A stretch of DNA of 64,000 nt from Flaccisagitta enflata (lineage: Eukaryota): NCBI GenBank assembly GCA_965153355.1, contig OZ231126.1, positions 33,232,001 to 33,296,000 on the forward strand, read 5' to 3'. The notes beneath the pieces are model-generated. The model was not told the origin of the DNA. It saw only the letters and a program-made list of their open reading frames with translations, and made no database searches. The position numbers and the translations under genes are program-made. Within the stretch, counting starts at the first letter, position 1. Each line of letters starts with the position of its first letter. This document shows positions 42,591-54,892 of this stretch, one piece after another.

Positions 42591-45267
42591 AAAAAAAAAG
42601 ATTTAAAAAAAAAATACTGATATAACCTGAAATTTCCATTAGTGCTGCGGCCAGGGCCTCGAAAAAATTTCCAGTTAAAAACAAGCAAAAAATTGGACTG
42701 ATTGCCTTTCCTGAAAACATACATGAACCCATAAAAATCTAGGTTCTTCATAGGTGGAAAAAAATGTCGATCAAATATCTCATTCCTGTTTCGTTATTGT
42801 TTACACTTTAGTTTACATTAAAAAAAAAATAGTCCAGCCAGTGTGCCATATCATCCCTTAGGCAACATCCCTTAAAAGCAAGGGCCGTGCTGCTGAGTGT
42901 GAACTCATCAGCGGCTCTTTAAGAAAAGGGGAAATGCAGGAGTCGGATTTGTAGCACCATGCGGCACAATAGTAAAACTAGTCAAATGAAATGAGTCTTG
43001 TCAAGTCAGAATCCAATAATGGACCCCCATCTCGCATCTCAGTCAACCCCATTTCCAATACGGTGAAATGAACAATTTTAAACATCTGTCTCATAATTCA
43101 CCATAGCTTACGCCCAAATCACCTGGGGCCAAGTTAGTCATTCAAATTGGGCTAAGGCAAGCCTCTTCAAGTCGCAATAAACCAACAAATGGTTTCAGCG
43201 GTAAAACATTGCGCTTACATTAAGTATGAGAAGCATGATACACTTCCATGGTTTGCTTTATTGGTGAGCAAAAGTTTAGATAATGGGGAGGGGCGATAGG
43301 GGCCGTAAGACCATAAGACACAAGACTCGGCTCCAAGTGAAATATTCGCTGTGCCCACGATTTACTCGGCCACATAGCTACCACCAAAGGTCACAAGCTG
43401 GTTAAAATCCATAAGTGGCTGCTAACACATCAAAAGCAATCACATACCAGTAGCAATAGTTTTCCAACTCTTGAGAGGTCGGATTTATTGGAAACCAGTA
43501 AACAAGGCCAGAGCCCAATGTGTCACTGTGTATCTCAGCCTCAAGGCCCAATGAGACAACTGCGTAGTAAGTGGCCCAATAACACAATTTGACAAAATCA
43601 CTCGGTTCACTCCTAGACCCAATCATTTTCTTGTGAAAATGATATTGGCGCTTATATATATATATATTTTTTTTTTTGTAAAAAGAAATCATTTTATAAA
43701 AAAAAATTTCTTTTTCGAACTTCAGTTGCCAGTCGTTTTCTACAGTAAATATTGAGTGGGAAACACATGAAGAGCAATGTATTTGTAAGGTCGCGCGTAT
43801 GCTCACACTCGTGTATGAAAAAGGGAAATAGATAAAAAAATCAAATCAAATCCCGCCATTAAAAGAAGCGTTGCAGATAGCTTCAAATCATTTAAAATAA
43901 GCTTTGCAACCTTTAGACAAAATAATAAAAAAAAATTAACTAAAAAAAAAAATTGATTAAAAAATGGAAAACCAAAACATTTTTGTTTTAAACTGTTCTA
44001 ATTGTTGTTCATTTTATCTATCCAAACAAAGATTACATAAGTCAACCAAATAATCTAATATCTAAAACAGGTATGTTTAATTCAATTTTAAACGTCCATA
44101 AAAATGATCATGAATTATCGCAGATGAAGTGAAACAACTCACATCCCTTACGCATGAAATCTGTCAGTCTGCACATACCTTGCTTAGAAGCAGATAAATA
44201 CCGTTCCATGGTTTTGAGCAGTTCTTGATTTTCCGTCTGAAGAAGTAGCCACCAATTTTTTTTGAGAAAATGCCGTGGGATGACGTGAATGCTTCGTGGC
44301 GAAATCAGAGCAGGATGAACCACTGTATGCAATTAGGACTTGACAGAGGAGAGATGAAAATGATGACAGAACACAATTGGCGAGAAAAAAATATACTTCG
44401 CGTTTTGCTCATTGAACAATGTCTGATCCTACAAAAAGAATAACAAAAAAACGATCCACACAAACGCCTTACTCCCGTCCATAAAAAGGTGAAAAAATTA
44501 GTAAACTGGTAAAATCAAAAATCAAAAATCAAAACTCAAACGAAAAAAAAATGTAAAGTATAGATGAAGAACCAACAAAAACGCCAAATCTTGAAACTTA
44601 AATGAAACAGTTACCACGCCGAGCCCAAAGAAAGCATTGAATACCCAATTCTAACACCAAATAGTCAAGTAAAAAAAAGAGTAGAAAGATAGGAATGTCC
44701 AGTGATCAATTGGACAGAGCATGAATCAGTCACAAGGGATCTCTTCTCCCGCGGCCGACGTCTACCAACGGGGGTGGGGACCAGAGATGTAGGCTTTTAA
44801 CCCAAACCTTTGGAAAGGGCGCCTAAAATCAATGCTAATACAAAAAAAACTTCTCCAGCGTCAATGGGCCTATATATTTACAATGGTACAACTTATACCC
44901 CTACGGCATATTCATGCATTGTCAACAGTTCAGCCCACTGCCACTAGGCTGAAAGTGGCATACACCCAGAGATTACATGGGCCGCTAATTTCCTGTTAGG
45001 GGCCTCGTTCATGAATCACGAAGAGGGAAATTATGAATAAAAAGAAAAGAATTAAAATGAATCCCGTGTACTCGGCGCTGCAAAGCAGCTCCAAACGGAG
45101 AGAGAGAGAAAAAAAATAACCCATCCTTTCTTTACCTGTAATGACGAAGACGAGGGAAGGAAAAAAATGTTCAGTGATAGAAGACGGCCAACCGCGCGAC
45201 CTGAACCCCGATACTCTCGACTTCTCAGCCTAAGCTAAAAGAAGAGAAGAAAAAAGAAAAGTCGAGT

Positions 45268-45281
45268 CGGCCGATGCACCA
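45268..45281 (-). other. Primer-binding site complementary to the 3' end of tRNA-Gly(GCC)
   Basis: - strand TGGTGCATCGGCCG, 1 nt after the 5' LTR; matches the ...CGGCCGAUGCA-CCA end I recall for invertebrate tRNA-Gly-GCC. Confidence 0.85.
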
Positions 45282-45282
45282 T

Positions 45283-45766
45283 TGATGGATCGGGTACTGA
45301 GGCCCGATCCTAGATGATATCAAACCATCCCTGAGGACCCTAATATCTAGCAATGCTCCCCTTAGCCAGGCGAAGGAGCCTATCCCATGATCTAACTGAG
45401 CCTAAAATATAAGGCAATGAAAGAGAGATGATAAAAGCATAAGTGGTGGATCCTCTGAATATAATCAATCAAGCAATAAAACTGGAATCTCTACCAAAGG
45501 CAGAGGCATACTACCCAAACAGCAATGAGCAGGGATATAAATAGGATGAGCAGTGATACAGCAATGCAAGGTCAAGCAAAACGGGCAATGATTGGGTGAG
45601 TCCATCTAGGAGATCCGTCCTCTCATTGGTCAATCCATGGTCAGGTGAGTCCATCTTCTCATCCGTGATTGGTCCATCTTCTGGGTAGGTCACAAAGGGT
45701 ACCGGGAAGGTCCGGTAGAGACTAGGAAAGTCCGCTGGGTGATGGGAAGGTCCGCTCGGCACAACA
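45283..45766 (-). repeat. 5' LTR (484 bp)
   Basis: Direct repeat of 37755-38239, followed by the TSD CTAC at 45767-45770. Confidence 0.95.
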
Positions 45767-46443
45767 CTACGCGACTCTACACCCCGCTTTGTCGGTCCGT
45801 CTGTCGGTCCGTCCGTCCATCGGTCCGTCACACTTTACTTTTTCGGCGTTAAAGGGTTTTTTGGCCTTATTGCTCCTGCCCAAATGTTCCACTGACCTCA
45901 ATTATGGCCCCTGCCCACCCGCACGCGACTGGGGTAGCCGTGTATCCGGCCTTGTTTGAATACAGTCTGTGTCTCTGGGGGATCAATTAGTGAGGACCAT
46001 GAAACGGCTGGGAGAGTGTGAATCAATGACGAGATCATGATGTCGTAATATCATAATATCATAAAATCATGGAATTATAGTAAGTATCATGATATCATAT
46101 CATATTATCATATCCTAATATCATGATCCGATTTTTAGTCGGAAACGTACCTTTTGTGATGCAGAAAAGGCAAATTAGAATTTTTGAACGCCCAGAATTT
46201 GTCCATTGTCATTTGGTTGTTGGATTGTTTGGTGGTCTGTCGTCTCTTAGACAAATGTGGAGCGATACATGGATGAAGTTTTATTGATACTCCATCATCG
46301 TCAAAAATATTCCTACGGAACGTTTACAATAAAGGCGAAGAAAATCTTAATCGTCTGGAAAGTGGAAACCCTTTAGATTCCTTCATTCGTCATGAGAGGG
46401 TTTTATTTTGTTCAATTTGGACGAGAATTGTATCTGTGTGTGT

Positions 46444-46527
<84 letters not shown>

Positions 46528-46944
46528 ATGATATCAGTGAACAAGGTCAACAAACGCTAGTCATGCCCAAAGCATTGTGGAAATTGTGTCTCAGGAACCA
46601 GTACCTGGGTCTCAGGGGCAAAATTTAGGGTTGAGGGGTGAGTATCTGGGTCTCTGAGACTAGGACCCTAGTCTCTGAGACCAGAATCTAGAAAGTTTTG
46701 GATTTCCAGCTACGATTTGGACCATTTTGCCTGGGTTTGGACCTTTAAGTCTAGAAATTGACGAAGTCCTGTCGAACCAGGAGGGAGGCGAGACGTGCGG
46801 TCGGATGGATATACTCATCTCGGTGAAAGAACCGTATTTTTTAGTTTACTTTCCATTTTCATTTCTTATTTCTCTTTAATGAATTTAAGCGACTTCAGTT
46901 CACATACAATAGTAAAATGTGATGTGTACAGATTTTATCGATCA

Positions 46945-47444
46945 TTTTTGGGCAGCGGCCCCAAAGGGGTCGATGACCTATGCTTTCACACATATGGGGA
47001 GTTTTCTCCTTCTCCTTCATGTCCGTACCCGCCCTCCCCCAGCCTCCAGGCCCATATCTCAGCCTGGAGGCCCATATCCCAGCCTCCAGGCCCATATCTC
47101 AGCCTGGAGGCCCATATCCCAGCCTCCAGGCCCAAATCCCAGTCTTGAGGCCCAAATCCCACCCTCAAGGCCTACATCCCAACCCCAAGGCCCAGATTCT
47201 ACTCTCTAGAGATTTGGGCCTCAAGACTGGGATTTGGGCCTGGAGGCTGGGATATGGGCCTCCAGGCTGAGATATGGGCCTGGAGGCTGGGGGAGGGGGG
47301 GTGCGGACATGAAGGAGAGGGAGAAAACTCCCCATATGTGTGAAAGCATAGGGGACGCTGCCATGCTCCCCCCTCAACTTCAACCACAACCTACTTAAGC
47401 AGGGCACGGGTACCGCTGACCATCTAACACTTTTGCGACTATTG
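46945..47444 (+). mobile_element. Young palindromic interspersed element with internal 21-bp repeats (probably a second Helentron-type family)
   Basis: TTTTTGGGCAGCGGCCCC start; inverted arms 46978-47160 versus 47211-47351; 21-bp CAGCCT(CC/GG)AGGCCCATATCYC units; asymmetric 3' tail ending TTTTGCGACTATTG. Confidence 0.75.
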
Positions 47445-47837
47445 TATGTGGGTTTTTGGGTCATTAGTTGTTTAAATACTGTTCAAAAGTACTAATAATA
47501 CAATAAGATACTTTCAAAAAGACACTGTCATTTTGTATGTCAGTGTGTCTGTCTCTGAGCACTTCACTCAGAGAAACGATGACAGATGAGCAATCCTCAA
47601 GCTTTTCTTGAGACATAGTGCTTCACCTTTGATTACGGTTCATGATTCACAATGAGCAAAAATCTTGCGAGGCAGCCACAGATGAGCCCAGAGTTTTCTA
47701 CTAGCCTATGTCACTAAATCTAAAAATAATGTTTCATCAACAGCTAAATCGCTTTAGGTTGGATAATGGTAAACTCATAAATTAGAGCCTGCTAGAATAC
47801 GACCAAATCACTGTTATGTAACTGGTTCTCCCGGTGT

Positions 47838-48021
47838 TACAAAGAAACAAAGAAACAAAGAAACAAAGAAACAAAGTAACAAAGAAACCTAGAAGCAAAG
47901 AAACAAAGAAACAAAGAAGCAAAGAAACAAAGAAACAAAGAAACAAAGAAACAAAGAAACAAAGAAACAAAGAAACAAAGAAACAAAGAAACAAAGAAAC
48001 AAAGAAACAAAGAAACAAAGA
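47838..48021. repeat. (AAAGAAAC)n 8-bp tandem repeat
   Basis: Directly visible. Confidence 0.95.
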
Positions 48022-48213
48022 AAAAAGGAAACAAGGAAACATGGAAAAGAAAACAAAGAAACGAAACAAACAAAGAAAGACAGACGGACGGACGGAGAAA
48101 AAAAAAAGAAAGGAGGAATAAGAAGCTGAAAAGATTCGAGAGAAAGAAAACAAGTTGTACAAAGAAAATCAACATGAGGAAGAAAAAAACCCAGTGAAAC
48201 AGAAAGTAGAAAA

Positions 48214-48622
48214 AACAAGGCCAACACCTATAAGTCGCGTGCGAGACTTACAGTTTGATTTAGAATGACTTAGAATGACTTAGTATACTCTTAAATAACT
48301 TAAAATGCCTTTAAAAAACAAAATTGATAAAAAAAAGTAAAAGTGTGATGAACAAACCGACAGACAAACGGACAAACGGACGGACAGATGGACGGACGGA
48401 CGGACGGACGGACGGACGGATGGACGGATAGACCGACGGACGAACGGATGAACGGACCGACGGACCGACGGACCGACGGACGGACCGACGGACCGACGGA
48501 CGGACGGACGGACGGACGGACAGATGGACCGACGGACGGACGGACGGACGGTCGGACGGACGGACGGACGGACGGACGGACGGACAAAGCTGGGTGTAGA
48601 GTCGTGTGCACGCGACTAAAAA
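48214..48622 (-). mobile_element. HINE-like element with ~240-bp (GACG/GACC)n tract
   Basis: AACAAGGCCAACACCTATAAGTCGCGTGC ... GAGTCGTGTGCACGCGACTAAAA. Confidence 0.88.
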
Positions 48623-48886
48623 AAAAAAAAAAAGAAAGAAAATGTTGATAAAGACCAAAGAGGAGATAAAGCGAGGAAAAACGAAAAAAGGTATAATGGC
48701 AATAGAATTTCAGATTGAGATCATCGGACTATTTTGAATGAAAAACTAAGTCAACGAACAAGGTACGATGTCTTAAGTTAGAAAAACTAAGAAATAAGCA
48801 GAGCAAAGTGGGACAAAAACACGGAAAAGTAGGCAAGAAAAAGTAGGGAATATCTTCCGAGGGATTTGCGGGAGGGCAGAATATAT

Positions 48887-48940
<54 letters not shown>

Positions 48941-49318
48941 GAATGAGAGAGGGTTAAAGACTGATTCTTACCGCATCTACTTGACTTCACCTGCATCCCT
49001 TTCTCTCCTAAGTTGTAGTGTTCTCATTCTTTTTCTTTGTGGCCCGTGCGAAGCCTCTGTGTGGTGCCCTTGCCAATTTTGATCCCGAACTGTCGGCTTA
49101 GCGGTTAGATGTTGCCCGCTTTCAGCTCTAATCGTTTCAAACATGTCCTACATCCTGATTTAAAAAAAAGTTTTTGATGCAAAAAGGCTTAAACCTTGAG
49201 ATGAATGATGTATCTAGTTCTGTTGATTTTTACTTTCTAATTGATTCTTATGACCATATCTGACTTACAGCACCGAATCGGTTCATAATTTATCTGACCG
49301 TGTTTCCGTATCTTTGTG

Positions 49319-49438
49319 TTTTAAGTTGCGGACACGCAACTCTATAGGAGACTGTGTCCGTCCATTGGAGAGGTTGCTGGGGGTTGGATGCCCCTGCCCA
49401 CCCGTCCGCAACGATATTGTGACCCCATGTCACTTGTT
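49319..49438 (+). mobile_element. Short HINE-like element, AGTTGCGGAC subfamily
   Basis: AGTTGCGGACACGCAACTCTATA ... GTCCGCAAC ... CACTTGTT; related pieces at ~20720-20870 and ~30750-30864. Confidence 0.7.
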
Positions 49439-49596
49439 GTCTATACCAATAAAGGCGGCTAATCGCCGACCGGAAAAAAATCGTAAATGGGAGGTTCTTT
49501 TTTTCTGTGCATGCCTTTTTGCGAGTGTATCTCATGCTGTTAGATTGACTCCTTGTCTGCTTTTTATTTAATCTGTGTCTCTTTTTCCTCTCTGTC

Positions 49597-50139
<543 letters not shown>

Positions 50140-51302
50140 GGTTGATTCTTCCAAGACTCCTAGCTCCGGCAAGAAAAATCACATTTTCAAACATGCATAA
50201 AATCATTTTTTTCTTTTAGATATAATTTATAGTGTCTCTAGGGGGTCAAAATTCATCATCAGCCCATCTTAATGGGCCCTCATTTTTATTCCGCATTCAC
50301 ACTATCTATTGTATAGCTTTAAGCCTTTTTTTGCAGAAATTGACAAATTTCGAAAAATTTTGTTTACCCACCGTAGATCACCTTTGGCAATCTACTATGT
50401 GCGGTTTGATGACTTTTCAACAAATGAAATCGATCCAAGTTGGTTTGCAACGCATTTAGTCAATTTTTCATTTTTTTAGCAAAATGTTCAATAATTTAAA
50501 ATGTCTGAAATTCGATTTTTTCCTCTTTAAACTTCCAAAATCGGAAATAGGTGATCATTTATGATTTTATTTCAGTGCCCCACCTCTTTTGTTATGATCA
50601 GGAGGGATAATCTTCACAGCAAGAGTCAAGGGGCTTAATGGGAAAAACACAGGTCAAAGTGGACAGGACTGGGACAAATAGAAATGTTCAATAATTTGAA
50701 ATGTCCGAAACTTAATTTTTTCATTAAAAATTGGTGTAAGTCTTTTAAATGTCACTTATTGATACTTGTTGGTTACCTTATATTGTGGTGATTAAATTTG
50801 GGTGTAAATTGTGTCATTTTTTATGTTAATCATCATAACTTGAACCATATTTGACGGAGTGTCGTATTTATGGTAATTTTGGTCACTTTTCCCTTCTCTT
50901 TTTCATAGGGGAAACAAGAACAACATAATCAACTTATAGCCACACTCATGGTTCCAAAAGAGAGACAAATGGTTCACGATGTAGATTCATATGAATGATA
51001 TAGACTAATAAAGGATTAGAATGACTTTTTCGATCAAATAAGCGTCTGTAACACATTTGTTACATGACTATTAGGGTTTGAGACATGTTCAAAAACTATC
51101 GAAATTTTAGGAAACATGTACCAAAATCTTTTTTTTTTCTTGCTAAATCCCCTCAGCACATCTTAGCCTCATGTAAGAAAAAGATACTGAAACATTATTT
51201 TCACATTCTTAACTATATTCTGTCCAAAATCACACGATCATGACAAAAATTAGTGCTAGGAGCCTGCCCGTGAAAATAACCTCGCTCTTTCTATGGCCTA
51301 CT

Positions 51303-51334
<32 letters not shown>

Positions 51335-51353
51335 TGTTTGTGTGTGTGTGTGT

Positions 51354-51436
<83 letters not shown>

Positions 51437-51850
51437 TTTTCCTTTTTTCTTTTTCCTTTTTTTCCTGTTTCTCTTTCCTTTTCTCTTTCCTTTTTTCCTT
51501 TCCCACTGGTGAGAATTTGATTCTTCCCACTGAGAATTTATTTTAAAAAAAATTCTCACCAGTGGGATGACTTTTTTATCCCACTGGTGAGAATTTTATT
51601 TTAAACAAATTCTTACCAGTTCGATTTTCCCACTGGTAATACCCACCCAAATGTATACTCCCAGCCCCAAAATGACCCAACTTCCTAAAATTGCCTCAAA
51701 CCGAAAATGGAAAACTTTATTTCTCCCCTACGTTTCAAAAAGTCGAATTACGTAATTCGACTTTTTTCCAAACATTACCTACCCCTGTTCTCGAACTCCT
51801 ATCCTTCTCCCTAAACCCCCCCCCCCCTTTCCATCAAGCACTTTCCTCTA

Positions 51851-52824
51851 ACTATGGCAAAAAAAAAAAACCGAACAACTTTTGAGAGAGCAAAAAAGTA
51901 TGAAGATGTTAACCAATTTGCATAAAATTTTCAGTGAATGATAACCATGATATGGACTATGTCTGGTTAAAATTTCATCAAAATCCGTTGAAAACTTTAG
52001 CCGTTATCACGTTTTTACTGAAGTCACCTCTTTTTTGGACTGCCAGAGATGACGTTTATCCTAAATCAAAATATTACCATTTTCAATAAAATTGGCATTG
52101 TGCAAAAAGTTTTGGGAGTTTTGTCATGATTTTCGAACTGTAGTCTGATGGTAATATTTACTAATACTAGGCAAAATTTGCATCTACTCAGATAAAGTCC
52201 AGTGGGGTAGATATTGGTTGATTGTAAGCTTGCTCAGGATAAGAACTATTCTGCTACCTGTTAGAATATTTTTGCAATTTGGGGGACTAAAAATGCTTCA
52301 ATCTTCACAAAAATTTTACTGGTGATGAATCATATGTACCAAAGTTACCAGTTAAAAAATCATGATAATTGGTAAAAAACTCTGGCCTTAGCATCAATTT
52401 TTATTTCAGATTTCATCTTCATTTTCTTCATTCTAAAAACCACAAAAAAAGTTTTAGAAAACTTGCTGTTTCTGCTAAAATAATTGGAGTTTTGTAATGA
52501 AATTTTTATCACAGCCTGCTAACACTGTGGTTTACTTCCACTTAAAATTTCATCAAAATCGGACTAGATTTAGTATGGTTTTTTTAAGTTTGTTTATTGA
52601 TTCTTAGTAAATTCTTTTGTGTGTACATTGAATTTCTGATCTTCTGAAAAGCACTTTTTAAATATCTATAATTCTCAAACTATTTAGAGCAGGTCATTGA
52701 TTTTTTCAGTGATGCTTAATGATACTAAAAAGTAACTTCAGTAGAAATTTGAGCACACTGGGTGAATTTTCAAAGGATTTATGAGCAATAGAAGTAACTG
52801 TTCGGTTTTTTTTTTTGCCATAGT
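51851..52824. mobile_element. Non-autonomous TIR element (974 bp), internal-deletion relative of 12810-14345
   Basis: TA|ACTATGGCAAAAAAAAAAAACCGAACA ... TGTTCGGTTTTTTTTTTTGCCATAGT|TA. Confidence 0.88.
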
Positions 52825-53512
52825 TATCCACGCGAACAAGACTGATGCGTGATGCTGTCATGTTCACGAGAAAAAAAAAACCAAACAAACAAACGTTTTT
52901 TGCTCTAGATAGGCGAAGAGTTCGAATCCCCGATGTATATTTTTCTTTGTTATTGCCGAAAACCCCTACTAATGACTGTTTCCCCGTCGACTTAGTTTTT
53001 TGTTGTTGCAGCTTTCAATATGATAAATCGATTTTTACCCTCATCTTTGCGCTTTGAAAAAATGATAATGGCAAAGACTTGTCATGAATCGTTACCACGT
53101 ACGGTGATGTACCCAGACGATGCTTGCATTAAATTGTTATAGATATATCATTTCTTATCGGAATGCGTTCACGACCCCCTGTGTTTACTTTGGTGGCTTC
53201 TCTGAAGAGAACCATTCTAATCTACGCTGTGCAACAAGAAGATGAAACCTAAAAGATTATCTCCATAAAACTCTTTAAGAAAAAAAAAGTATTTCAAAAC
53301 AAGTCTTTTTATTTTTTTCCTTCTCCTTTTTATGGTAATGAATTCCGCAGTAATGAAGAAGGGGACCATTGGCGCGGGGAAGAGAGGCTTTAGAATAAAG
53401 GATCTGTACAGTGAAGTCCCTGGGATATACAGTAGATGTCGTCTAGACTTGGAAATACAGGGGAATTCATTACAGGAAAACAAATATACTTAAAAGATCG
53501 ATGTTTGGAATA

Positions 53513-53924
53513 CAAACAAAAGTGAAATACAAGAAGTTAACCCCCCAAAAACTGTAGCACCCCCCCTACAGCCACAATTGCTGAATGAATAAAGGCGTAT
53601 AAGACAGGGAATGAAAATTTATATCAATACAATCAGCCTCATCAGAGCGATTTTGGAACTTCATTCCCAGTAAAGAGTTGCAGCTTAAAAACTAGTTAAA
53701 ATTAACATTTTTTGAATAATACTAAAAATACAATTTTTTACTGGTTTTTTAGCTATAACTCTTTACTGGGAATGAAATTCCAAAATCGCTCTGATGAGGC
53801 TAATTGTATTGATATAGACATTCATTCTCTATATACTATGCCGTTCTTCATTCTGCGGTTGAGACTGTAGGGGGGGATGCTACAGTTTTTGGGGGGTTAA
53901 CTTCTTGTATTTCACCTTTGTCTG
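53513..53924. mobile_element. Nested fold-back MITE (412 bp), TA TSD
   Basis: TA|CAAACAAAAGTGAAATACAAGAAGTTAACCCCCCAAAAACTGTAGCA ... TGCTACAGTTTTTGGGGGGTTAACTTCTTGTATTTCACCTTTGTCTG|TA; palindromic throughout. Confidence 0.9.
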
Positions 53925-54234
53925 TATAGACTAATAAAAGGATGCTTTATTGCCCATGGGTATTGGTTGCCATGGAAACACATTTTCATGTATTCACGAT
54001 AAAGTATCAATATTTTGAGAAATTTTTTGAGGGAACATTGTTTAAAATAAAATTTGCTACAACTTTCCCACAATCTGTTCTGTAAGAATGTTGCTCGTTT
54101 AGCCGTTGCTAGGGAGCGTAACTATGTGTGACAGCCCTTTGATGCTCCCTAGCAACCACCAAACGAACGACATTCTTACAGAACATATTGTGGGAAAGTT
54201 GTAGCAAATTTTATTTTAAACAATGTTCCCTCAA

Positions 54235-54488
54235 AACAAGGCCAACACCTATAAGTCGCGTGCGAGACTCACAGATTGACTTTGAATGACTTAGAATGAC
54301 TTCGAATGACTTCGAATGACTTCGAATGACTTAGTATACCCTAAAATGACTTAAAATGACTTACAGAAATAAAATTGATAAAAAAAGTAAAAGTGTGGCC
54401 GACAGACCGACCAACCGACCAACCGACCGACCGACCGACCGACCGACGGACGAAGCGGGGTGTAGAGTTGCGTGCACGCGACTAAAAA
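54235..54488 (-). mobile_element. HINE-like element nested in an A-run of the MITE
   Basis: Same termini as 16292 and 48214; 10-bp GAATGACTTC repeats. Confidence 0.9.
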
Positions 54489-54700
54489 TCTCTCAAAATA
54501 TTGATACTTTAGCGTGAATACATGGAAATGTGTTTCCATGGCAACCAACACTCAAGGGCAATAAAGCATCCTTTTATTAGTTTATATTCCAAATATCAGT
54601 CTCTTAAGTTTATTTGTCTTCCTGTAATGAACTCCCCCTGTAGCAGAGAGGAGAGACGAAGAAAGCCAGGAGTTAAGGGGTGGGAGCGGGGACAATTTGA

Positions 54701-54892
54701 AACAAGGCCGAATACACGGCTACCCCAGTCGCGTGCGGGTGGGCAGGAGCAGTGCTGGAGAGTCAGTAGTGTATTTGGGCAGGAGCAGTAAGCTCAAAAA
54801 GCTCAAAAACGCAAAAAAAAGTAGAAAGGGGACCAACCAACTGACCATCCAGCCAACCGACCGACCGACCGACCAATGGACCGACATAGCGG
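54701..54892 (-). mobile_element. 5'-truncated HINE-like element
   Basis: AACAAGGCCGAATACACGGCTACCCCAGTCGCGTGCGGGTGGGCAGG, then (ACCG)n. Confidence 0.8.

Larger units (their letters stand above)
37755..45766 (-). mobile_element. Full-length, apparently non-autonomous LTR retrotransposon (8012 bp; LARD-like, probably Ty3/Gypsy-dependent)
   Basis: TG...CA direct repeats at 37755-38239 and 45283-45766, CTAC TSD, PBS at 45268-45281, PPT at 38240-38250; no long ORF inside. Confidence 0.93.
37737..45956 (+). mobile_element. HINE-like element split by the LTR element (pieces 37737-37754 and 45767-45956)
   Basis: TTTTTAGTCGCGTGCTAC joins GCGACTCTACACCCCGCTTTGTCGG to reconstitute the intact start seen at 36283. 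Confidence 0.92.
53430..54640. mobile_element. Palindromic CAGTAGAT MITE carrying two nested insertions
   Basis: Arms are reverse complements once 53513-53924 and 54235-54488 are removed; right terminus lacks the outer ~28 bp. Confidence 0.85.

Noticed and set aside
38163-44332. Series of 60-135-aa ORFs on the LTR element's sense strand as a polycistronic small-protein cassette
   Set aside because: No recognisable motifs or mutual similarity; an A-poor strand has fewer stop codons, which explains the excess.
45268-45281. tRNA-Gly gene fragment
   Set aside because: Only the 3'-terminal 14 nt including CCA are present, adjacent to the LTR; this is a PBS, not a gene.
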